From positions 59,086,001 to 59,150,000 of the forward strand of contig JBITNC010000001.1 in the NCBI GenBank assembly GCA_050084985.1: a stretch of DNA of 64,000 nucleotides. Direction: 5' to 3'. Below are positions 12,698 to 23,289 of the stretch, one piece after another (the stretch's first letter is position 1; each line of letters begins with the position of its first letter). The DNA is from Nageia nagi. Its lineage: Eukaryota; Plantae; Pinophyta. The notes beneath the pieces are model-generated. The model made no database searches. It worked only from the letters and a program-made list of their open reading frames with translations, and had not been told where the DNA came from. The position numbers were made by a program, and so were the translations under genes.

Positions 12698-13121
12698 TTG
12701 TCAAAGTGCCTCAAAATTCTTTTGAAATGTGATATAGTACACTCGCCTCCACGTGTCATGATATCAATAAAACTAGAATATAGGTATTCTTCAAAAACAT
12801 ATCTCCCACATTCCAGTTGCAAGCAGTCTTTTTTCAAACGTAATAAGTGCAGTAATATCACGAACCCAAATCCCTACAATAGAAATGAAACCAAGAGAGA
12901 TCAAGGCCATTGGATTCGGACGAGACACTAATCGGTGGACAATGTCGGTGAAAGTCTCCTTCTTTAGAAACTTATGAATGGCATACACAAATTAATTGTT
13001 TAATAGATGAGACGCATCCATTGCCACCTCACTCAAAACTCCAGAGACGGGGAGGCTCAAATGTCCTTGGCTTTTTTCCAATTCCAATCTTTCTTCCCTT
13101 CATAATCCAAGATAAGCGAAA
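12698..13121 (-). other. Predicted non-coding exon looped out of the hairpin
   Basis: Minus strand: ggttttttgtatttttcAG acceptor at 13122 and gacaa|GTAAGT donor at 12697. All three frames contain stops. Confidence 0.45.
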
Positions 13122-13139
13122 CTGAAAAATACAAAAAAC

Positions 13140-13560
13140 CAATATAAATTAAATTGTTTTAAATACAGATCTGAGAGTGAAGCAGAAGTCTAGCATGTTA
13201 AATATAAACATAAAATTTAAAATAACAAGCAAAAACATTGTTCTTTTCCAAGCCTCCTCATTTGATAAAATACTATAAGTAAGGGTGATCCTTGAAAATA
13301 AGAACAATTATATAAATTAAATTGTTCTAAATACAGATCTGAGAATCAAGCATAAGTCTAGCATGTTAAAAATGAACAGAAAATTTAAAATAGCAGCAAA
13401 AACTTTGATTACTTCCAAGCCTCCTTATTTGATAACAAATTATAAGCAAGCTAGGAGAATTCTAGCATACTAAAATTTCACAGAAAATTTAAAAAACACA
13501 GCAAAAACTTTGATCTCTTCCAAGCCTCCTCATAAAAACTATAAGCAAGAGTGATCCTTC
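13140..13560. repeat. Tandem repeat, about 170 bp unit, about 2.5 copies
   Basis: tataaattaaattgtt(t/c)taaatacagatctgaga at 13143 and 13311. ttccaagcctcct at about 13246, 13413 and 13518. Confidence 0.9.
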
Positions 13561-13939
13561 AGCGGTTGGCAAAGTATAAAATCTTGACATATAAAACGGA
13601 TCTAATAGATGATTTATGCAATAGTTGATTGCTTCGTTTCCATAAATCATACTAATCGTAGAAAAACTTCTCCTAAAAGACATGAAATAATGTGGTCTTT
13701 CTGAATCGGGCCATGGGATTGCAACAAGATATTGAAACCTACTTACTTTTGCAAATCTTGCGAATAAGCAGTACGAAATGCACTGGTGCTTCATGAATTG
13801 ACATATACTATAAAAATTAAAATTCCCCAAAGCTGTGAGAGAGGGATCAACAACAATACCAGACTGTCCACATATAGCACACACCCACACACTTTTGAGC
13901 AAAGCGAAAGTTTAGTGGCTTGGATGGCTGGATACCCTT

Positions 13940-14495
13940 TCTGTATATAAATTCAGCTAACACAATGGAAAACTCTTGGATATTCTAACTACCCAAACCT
14001 AAGACGTTGATAATACTACTTATAGATGATCTTATACATGAGTGATTCCTAATGTGTAATGTGATCACTACACCAGCGCATTCCTTCCTGTGAGTGTTGT
14101 CCCTAGACTTCACTTTTGGCTGCTTCCCGTGAGTGTCGCCGTAGACTTCACTTGTTCAGCTTGGCATCCACCACGGACATGATGGACAAAACCCTAATCC
14201 GATGTCTCCTACATTTCCTTGGTGAACTCTTCACGCGCATCACCGTTCGATTTTCTTGAGATGCTCCCCAATTCGAGCCAGGGCACTTTAATGGCTGAAA
14301 TGATCCGTGTAGGATACAGCTAAGATTACGTGGAGAAATGTTGCTTCCTTACCTTATAAAACTTCCATGTTTGCTTCTCATGGCCTGTATCTTTTCCGAG
14401 TATATCTACATGAATAACGTACTTATAGCTTATCTTATACATGAGTGATTCCTAATGTATAATGTGATTCCTAAACCAGAGCATCCCTTCCTTTT
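13940..14495 (-). promoter_or_regulatory. CpG-rich putative promoter with a duplicated 70 bp module
   Basis: Highest CpG density in the window. Direct repeat 14017-14089 / 14420-14493, each giving CTATAAGTA (TATA-like) on the minus strand. Telo-box AAACCCTAA at about 14189-14197, CGCG box at about 14234, ACGTGG at about 14328, and a 39 bp tandem repeat at 14084-14153. Confidence 0.5.
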
Positions 14496-16332
14496 ACACA
14501 TTTGTGTTGCTAATCTCATCAAACTCTAATTATCTTTAAAGCCCCATGGACTAAATTGCACCCAATATTTTTATTTGGGTATTGTACAAATTGGCCTCTA
14601 ACATGTATTCTTCAATTTTATCTAGACTAAATTTTAGATTTATTTTGACTATCTTGGGATCTATCATTAGCAACATGTACATATGTATAACATACTAAAA
14701 TATTTGTCTTTGAAAATATTGGCTCCTTTTATGTGATGATGGTATGATGTTAAACTTCTTAAACATGGGTTTCATTGAATTTTTTTTTTTATATAAATAG
14801 AATACTTATAACCAGAAAATTATGTAGAATTTGTGATACATAGAATTAAATATTATTTATAATTAATGTTAGTTAAAAATTTGTTAATTTCAAATTTATT
14901 TTATTGTAGTACTGAATATTTTTATTTTTAAGTATTTTTTTATTAAAGTAGAAAAGAGGATTTTAAAAGGTTCCCTTTAGCATTTATAGATTTTCAATTA
15001 AGCTTTTGAGAAAAACATTGATCATACAAGGGTATAAAAAAATATTTAAACCCTTCCAAAGAAAATTGAACAACTATTCCTCTAATGGAATTAAACACTT
15101 CAAACAACACATAAATATCTAAAAAACTTATAAACATAGGAGTCTCATCCTATGCTTGAGCTCCTTCACATGGAGTTTTAGTTCTTAGTATAAATTACAA
15201 CCATGTGATTTATATGATAAAGAAAAGCCAACATCTCCTTCATATTCTCCATCATATCTCAAGTAGTAGATGAGATTCAAGTTAAGGTCATTTAATGTAT
15301 CTGTGATCCTTCACCTTTGAATTTCTTTTTGCGATATAGAATGGGATTCATATTTTTCATGAATCCATAAAGCTATCAAAATGGATATGTAACCTCAATG
15401 ACTAATGCTTTGGTAGGACTTTGATCTTAAGGGAAAGAGAATTCTTCTTTCAACTACATTCTCATTTCATGATTTCTCCTTTCTTCTTGATGTTGGCAAA
15501 CTTAGGAGATACCAACTACATAGCCTAGACCTCTTCTTATGTTTCCTCTTCTTGGACTTGTTGTGGCTCCTCTTCTCTCCCTTATGTAGCTTCTCCAATC
15601 TCTAAAGCCTTAGCAGAATCCAATTCTATATTATAGCTAAGAGAACATTAGAAAAGGTAAGCCAGATAATATGCCAACTCCACCAACTTAGTTTAAAGGA
15701 GCTAGAACTTGCATAGGATGAATCATTTATTACAAGGTTATGTGTACTACATTCTAATCATATAAAATAAAAAAATTATGATAAAATGATTTTGAAATCA
15801 TGGATTATATCCTAAAAATTAAGTAAAAAAACTATGATATTTCAAATTTTTGATAACTATGTTATAAAAAAATGGCTATTTAATATCATTTCTTAAAGAT
15901 TTTGGTGCTCAACTTGTATATCAAGATGGTCATTTTTATGATATTGCATGCTTGTTTTTGAAGTTGTAGAATGCTCAAGTTGTGGTTATAGAGTTCCTTT
16001 TATTTAATTATAAATATTTTTCATCAATGTATTTTTTATTTTCTTTAGACTCACCTCCATGGGGAGGTAGAGGGCTTAGCCCATACTATTATAATTAAGG
16101 AGGGAGGTACTTGAAGGTGGCTAAGGATAATTTTTGAACCCCCTGGATCAGGTTCAAGGACAACATCCTTGAAGAAAAAAATACATTTATTTTTGTATAT
16201 CAATATTCTATATATAATTCAAGTTTTTTACTATGTAATAGAAATATTGGTTGTCATTAACTTAAATTCATAAGATGCTCACTTTCTATTTTGTAAGCTC
16301 ATATTGGATGCACATCCTATTCCTATAAGATG

Positions 16333-17390
16333 TGTAATATTCTAAAATTTAGGGTCCATTTATTTTAGCATTGTAAAATTTGAAATTTGTATTTTGAAGT
16401 GGGACACCCCATTTTATTAATAGTTAAGAGTGATTTTAATTAATTTAGGAGTGTTATTGATATTTTTATAATAACAAAGCATTATAATAATGCTAAAATA
16501 CTTGTATTACAATATGATTTCTATTAAAAATTACAATTTCTAGAGGTAATAACAACTCCTAAAATGGGATGCTTCTTTTAATGGCATGATTATGGTCACT
16601 AATAATGAAATTTATAATCCCAATAATGTAGTATGACCCTCATTATGGGATGTACCATCCATAAGGATGATTTAGATCCATAAGATATGATTTTTGTGAT
16701 ATTGAGGCACTCAAATAAACTTCTAGATGAGATGTCCAACTTGAGGGAAAATTGGAGCCTATTTATGGGTGAAGTACAATACTCTTTAGCATGCTTGAAT
16801 TAGAATTAATTTCTCTTTGGAGTTTCTAAAAATTTCTCTTATGAACGAAAATCTACAAGAGAGATCTTGAGAATGAAAACCCTCTTGACTTTTGATATGT
16901 GAATCCACACAAAATTTCTATTAAGATTCATTAGCCTAATTAGCATTCAAATCCATAGTTTGGATCATCTTGGAGTGATACATTTAGCCTTATGGAGGAA
17001 AGTTTTATCTTGGTATCCAATATCCATATTTAGAGGATGACTTTACTTAAGTGTCTTCCAAGTAGGATGTCAAGCATATGAGAGGTAATTCAATATTTAG
17101 ATATCATTTGTTGTACCTTGGAGAGGATCTCCTAGCCTCTAAATCTTATTTTGACTCATTTGATATTTATGCTTGATATCCTTGGTGAATAATTTTATTT
17201 TTAAACTCTTATTTTGGCAATTTTGATGGAATATTTTGGAGTCATTTCAAATTTAATTTGTGGTATAAATCTAAATTTATTTAAATTAGTTTTATGTAAT
17301 ATTTTAAATTTTATTTAATTAGAGTAAAATTAAAAATGTAAAATTATGTTGAGTAATGTTTTTGATTTTTTCTTTGTTTAGATCATTACA
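16333..17390 (+). mobile_element. LTR of a decayed LTR retrotransposon
   Basis: Termini TGTAAT (16333) and ATTACA (17390), followed by ttggtattaaag, a decayed tRNA-Met PBS (TGGTATCAGAGC). Confidence 0.65.
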
Positions 17391-19540
17391 TTGGTATTAA
17401 AGTCAAGATCATGTCAACTTATAGGGAGAATTTGATGTAGATTTGATAAGAGATAACTGAAGTTATGAATTTGTATGAGGAGAGAACAAAATTAGAAATC
17501 CCAAACTCAAGATTTGAAAATATAATGAAGGATTTTTAGATACTTTTGGATTAAATAAATAGCCTTTTGGAGAAAATGATTTGCTTGCAAATAACTCAAA
17601 TAGGCTAAAGAGACCAAGAAGATATTTTTTTAGGTTTCCTACATTATATCTAAGGAGAAAGGCATATGAGTTATTTTCCCTACATCAACAATATAAAGGT
17701 ATATCTAACAATTTCATAGTTATTTTCAAAAATATTTGAATATCTCTTTGGAATGATGTAAAAGGAACTTTAAGTAGAGATAGATACAAAGAAAAAAGAA
17801 ATAAAAAAAAAAAACTACACTACATCTAAGCATGTACCATCAAAACTTCATGGGACTACATAAGATCTAGAAAGGAATAACTCACATATATGGATACCAT
17901 TATATATAAAAAGTAAGATAAGCACACATAGATCTGAAAATAAAGGCAAGATTAGAGAAAATCAAAGAAGTGATAAAGAAAATTAAAAATATAAATTTAT
18001 AATAAAAAGAGGAAATCCCTAGATCTAAAGAAAAGAAAAATATGAAAGAAAATAGAAGTAAAAATATTCCTATAAATAATAAAAAGGAAGAGTTTGAGCA
18101 GGTTGTATGCATTTGAGATCCAAACATATGCTATAGAAATCCAATGTCCTATCTTGGAGACCATTATTATGCATTAGAATTTTAATTTTTAATTCCCAAT
18201 AGTTTTACCAACCTTAAGAAGGAAGGGGAACATTTTTTAAGCATTATGATAGTAGGATTTGGTCATCCTAAATAAAACATATATCGCATGGGACTCTCAT
18301 ATGATGTTCTTGAATAATAAAATGAAGAAATTCCTTCACCATATGAGAAAACATGTAACTAAAATGTTATGGAGGTACTGATTTGGATCTTAGAAATAAA
18401 TGAGATCAAGAAGTACCCTTGTCATATGATGTATGTAGAAAAAGCTTTCAAGAATTTTTTATGAAATTAATGATAGCAATGGTATAATTATATTTCACAA
18501 AGTTTTTAAAGAGGCTATGATGAACATAAATATATTGAAGATATCAAATCTAATTTAATTTTTGGTGTATGTTTGTTTTATTTTCAAACTATACGGTTGT
18601 AGATAGAAATGTTCATAATAATTTTAGTCTATTTGATTAGGAGAATAAACATGAGGTTCATAATAAGCATGCTTTCTTAAAAAGATATCATTCATTAGAT
18701 GCATGGGATCAAGGTATTTTACCATCTAAATATAATGAGGGATTGGTTTGGAATGAATTTCATATTGAAGGAGTTATCCAAAATTTATTTTAAGAATCAT
18801 GTAAATGATAAAATATTGAGATGGATAATTTTTGGAAATCAGAATTGAAATTTAATAGGGTTAATTATGATAAAAAAAGAAGAGGGGATAAGAATTAGAG
18901 TGAAATATTTGAGACATGGAGTAACCATGAAGACAATGTTTAAAGATAAGAGAATAATTCTAAGATTTTAATGAATTTGAGCAACACTTCATTAGCATGA
19001 CATAATTTTGGTATTCATGATGATAGTTTGAATGAATCATTATGTGTAATTTCTAGAAATGAGGCACATGCATTATATAAAGTAGATAATGCGAAGGGTT
19101 TGGTTAAGAATTTGATTTAAAGGAATGAGAAAATTATTTCCTTTGATGATTTACAAAATATTAAGGTCACCATGGAGGAATTAAAGGTAGTATTCTTGCA
19201 CATGATTAGTGATAAGCTCTTTATATGTGAATTTTTTAAGCACATGATATAAAAGTTTAAGGAACTCATGCATGAGCTTGAAGTAGCAAAGATTTTAGTG
19301 AAAATCACTCAAATGCCCTTTTAAGAAGTAGAAAATAAATTTCTATGCTTAAACAAGTTCAAGTACTTAGGTATGTGGTTAAATAACTTGATAATATGAG
19401 GAAGATATTTAAGCTAGTACATTGTCCCATGGAAGACGATAATTAAAGTTTGTTCTAAAAAAAGGATGGGCTAAGGTTAGAAAATAAAAATTATTTTCAA
19501 TGTGATGAGCCACTATACAAGGTAAGGGATACATTTTTGA
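17391..19540 (+). mobile_element. Decayed internal region downstream of the PBS
   Basis: Directly follows the LTR/PBS. Purine-rich with stop-riddled frames and no recognisable domain. Confidence 0.4.
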
Positions 19541-19699
19541 TAAGCAAAGGTAAGTCTCACTAGGCCTAAAACCCTACTACTACAATGTATCATAATACAA
19601 TCTAGTGGCATGCACTATTTCCACTATTATATGTCACAATAGGCCTAAACACCCTACTACTACTACTTACTTTGTCTATATATGGACATCCCACCTAAC

Positions 19700-21340
19700 A
19701 ACTCACTAGAATTCATCCAATGAAAGTTAATTATTTCCTTGGCACTATAATATTTACTCCTAAGTACTATAATGTCCTTATCTCTTTTCTATATCATATC
19801 CATAAGCTACTGAATAAAAACCCATTGCTCATTGGATGGTGGCATGTCCACTGTAGGCTTTAATCTCTCAATATCTACCTCTAGGTTAGTAATTTAGTTG
19901 CTCACATCTCCTATGAATATATAGAGGTCATAAGTTAGTAATCCGTAGTATGTTAACCAAAAGTAAGAAAAAAAAAACTCATAAACCTATAAGTATCTAA
20001 TAGATTTTTACCTACTAAAACAAGTGGAACAACCCTCAACTAAATCCTTTCACCTTGGTGCTAGGATGGATGGCTTCTTCCACATAGGAATGTCATGTAT
20101 GGGGTTATTAATATTCTACTCATTCATATTGAAAGACTTCTCCAAGGGAGTAGCAAACATATCCTCATCCTCATCATCCTTATCCATGTCAATGGGGTTG
20201 GTATAACTATAAGAAACCATGATCCATAACCCCTCATAGTTCTTGGATATATAGAAGTATGATTTTTGGGATCCATCTTCTATGGCTCCTACCATGTAGT
20301 CTTCCATGTAGGCTAATTTGTGCCCCTGGTAGGGCATCCCTCTTGGCTCTCTACTAAATGTAGTAGATTGGGTAGGTGGAATACCTTATCATATACCAAA
20401 TTGCCTCAACACTTGTTATGGTAAGTATGGTTCTACAAGCTTCCTTTAGTCTAAAAAATGCATGGATACCTTACCCATATTTTTGGTAAGCATACTCCTC
20501 TCAAAATTAATTAGCATAGGATGCCCACACTAGGTCCTATGGCTTCAGCCTCTCAATCTCCCATTACTTAGCCTCTAATATATGTGGATATTTTTATCCA
20601 CAAAGTCTAGACACCCAACAATTTAAAGCAATATGTGTAGGATAATCCCTACTCTCTAGAGTCCCAGAACCTGATCATAGCCATCTTCTTGTGGAACACA
20701 CTTGTAGCAAACTAGCTTAAGCAATAGTAATGTTGAATTTATCTATAGAAACAAAATTGTATAAATATCTATAAATTTGAGCCAAAATAATAGGAGCCTA
20801 AGAATAGCATGTGTCCCTAGCATAAGTATCTTGCATAATCCACACCGTCCCTAAAGGAAATACCAAACTACTCTTATCTAGGCATAGATAACTAGAAATA
20901 AAGAGACAATAAGGAGCCTCAAATTCCTAGAAGGAGAAATGAACTTATAGGCTTCATGCAATGGGAGGACCTATGCTTCCAATCATGGTCCTCTTCTCCT
21001 ATAAGCCACATTGCATATTTTGCATCTCATCATTGTCTAAAATCTTGACATGATGAGTTAGTCAATCATGAATAGGAATACTACATATATGGTACACATC
21101 CAAAATGGTCACTATCATTTACCTAGTGGTAGGTGAAAGTAGTTAGTGTCTTGGTCCCAATGCTCTACCAAAGTTATCAAATTAGGGAGGTCATTATCGA
21201 TATGATGGGTAACCGCAAGGTCATTTAACCCTAATCGCATAGCATATTATCCTCATGATTTGTCCTAGGCCACTACCTAGCCTTATGATAAAAATCTATA
21301 GACATGGCTCCATCCCTAATTATAATTTTCTTCTCCTACA
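19700..21340 (-). pseudogene. Plant mobile domain (aminotransferase-like PMD) remnant, TE-associated
   Basis: Minus strand LITLVEHWDQDTNYFHLPLG..IVTILDVYHI (about 21080-21190) matches the PMD consensus L.ERW...T.TFHLP.GE.T.TL.DV. EPYLP.QVLRQFG near 20400-20435. Confidence 0.8.
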
Positions 21341-22559
21341 TAATTAAAAAATTGAAATTCACATTAATAATTGAGAAGACAAGCTCAAAATTCCTCTTAG
21401 CCAAAGACACACAAAAATGACTATAAATGTTATCAAAATCAAGAAAAAGTGAAAAGGAAATGCAAAATGATCTTGTTGGGATAAATAAATTATTCAAATG
21501 GTAAGACAAGTAAGCCTTAGGATTTTAATTCAACAAAATTTGGGTAAAAATTTGAAGCAAATGAAATGTTAGTTTTGAAAAACAAATAGCTAGGAATAAG
21601 GTATTACCACATGGTGAAAAAGAAGGTAATGAAGGTACTTGACAATGTGTCCCTTGCACCTAGTCAGAGACCTATCCATTGTATGCTACACATAATCTAC
21701 AATCTTAAGAGGTAAGTAACCAAAATCGAATGATTGGGGGTAAGGAGATCAACAACTAGGGTAAAGAGATCAATGAAAGTGTGAGGAGAAGTTATAGAGA
21801 TTGCTAGAGACCATAGGGTGGGAAAAAGATAGTGTAACATGATAAAAGTTAATGGCCAAACCTACTTTTTAATTGATTTTCCAATTAATCCTAACCTAAA
21901 TGCATCTCTTTTCAAATATCAACAATATTTCTTGAAAAATGGTGGATCTAAACGAAAAAATATATGGAATTATTTTAATTGGTTGTACCTTCTTTTTGAA
22001 AACTTAATTTTACCAATTAAATGCTATCAACAACATCCAAAATGTGAAATTGTTATGCAATTCAATGCATGATGATCATAAATGGTAAATATAGTGAAAT
22101 TCAATGCTTATATTATGCATTCATAGGGAAATTTATTATGTTCCATTTTTCTTGATTATTTATATTAAATGGGTATTGTTAATAGCATAAGTTATGAAAA
22201 ATTAGAAAAAAATTCAAGTGCTAGATTTTAATTCTATTTTTACTAGATGAAAATTAAGGTATATGATAGATGTTACATGATGGACAAGAAAAAAATTTAA
22301 ATTGTCAAAATAAAGGTATGTGTAAAATTTTAATTTTTGAATAGATACATGTAATAGAATATTGAATTCTAAACTACAACATTATGCATAATGATCAATG
22401 GCAAATTAAAATTTTCAAATTTTGACAAACATAATTCATATTCATGGTGAAAGGTGTTCAAAACTCATGAGGTGAAAGTGGTGAAAATATTTTTTTTTTA
22501 AGTTAGAATTTTTTAGTGACATATAATATTTTTTAATTTTATGATAATTACTAGTGTAA

Positions 22560-23010
22560 ATGTCTAGATGATCATATAAATAAAGGTAGGGATGATCATA
22601 CCTAAAGTCAAAATGATCATCTGCAATTAAGCACTAAGCTATCATCTACATAAAAGCTTAGATGATCATCAGCATAGAAGTTCAGATGATCATCTGTATA
22701 GAATCTCAGATGATCATCAGTGCTTCTTCATAGATTGATTATCAAGGCTTTTATGGATATGATCATCTATAATCATGCAAAGATGGTTGTATGCATTAAT
22801 TAGAAGATTATCATCTATAACAAAGCACTGATGATCATCTGCATAAAAGCATTGATGATCATCTGGATTAAAGTCTTAATGATCACATGTAAAGAAAAAT
22901 AGATGATCATTTATATTTTTATGTAGATGATCATTAGTTCATTTATATGATTGATCATCTATTCATATGCATTGTTGATCATTTGTGCATTTGCGTGATT
23001 GATCATCTAC
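22560..23010. repeat. Array of palindromic GATGATCATC motifs, about 22 bp spacing
   Basis: About 20 degenerate copies, e.g. agatgatcatc near 22660, 22685 and 22708. Confidence 0.9.
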
Positions 23011-23289
23011 TATAAAAATAAAATGACTTGTTGGAAATTAAAAATGCATTAAATATGATCATACATCATTAATGGTAACATGTGTCACTTATTATAAAAG
23101 GTATTTTTTAAGTCATTTTCATATATTTTGATACCATTTCATTCCTTCAAACTCTCTAGTTCTACCATTGCCTCTATATTCTATTACCCCTCCTTTCCCC
23201 ATGCAACCTTTCAACTCATTCTTGCCCTTCTGATTCTTAAATCCACCATATCAACCTCTAATGCTCTTTTAATGGTTAGTGTACTATAT

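Larger units (their letters stand above)
11478..13736 (-). ncRNA. Candidate long hairpin RNA / small-RNA precursor (imperfect inverted repeat)
   Basis: 11633-12149 is the reverse complement of 12249-12724 (about 75-80%, e.g. tgaatcacctgttccctacatg vs catgtagggaacaggtgattca; agaggaagtgat vs atcacttcctct). 11478-11603 pairs with 13606-13736. CpGs are retained and no ORF is conserved. The inverted repeat is certain; RNA function and strand are inferred. Confidence 0.65.

Noticed and set aside
12614-12988. Overlapping ORFs 12614-12931 (+) and 12791-12988 (-)
   Set aside because: GTG starts, no recognisable domain, and all minus frames of the predicted exon contain stops.
13826-13856. Possible miR390/TAS3 site (gatccctctctcacagctt on minus)
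   Set aside because: It needs a multi-base bulge to pair, and I saw no tasiR-ARF-like sequence.
21830-22560. Possible left TIR of the hAT element matching 38900-39500
   Set aside because: Only a short, weak inverted similarity in AT-rich DNA, with no TSD.
22560-23010. CRISPR-like appearance of the GATGATCATC arrays (also 26.9 and 38.3 kb)
   Set aside because: Eukaryotic TE context, 10 bp core with related 11-13 bp spacers, and no cas genes.
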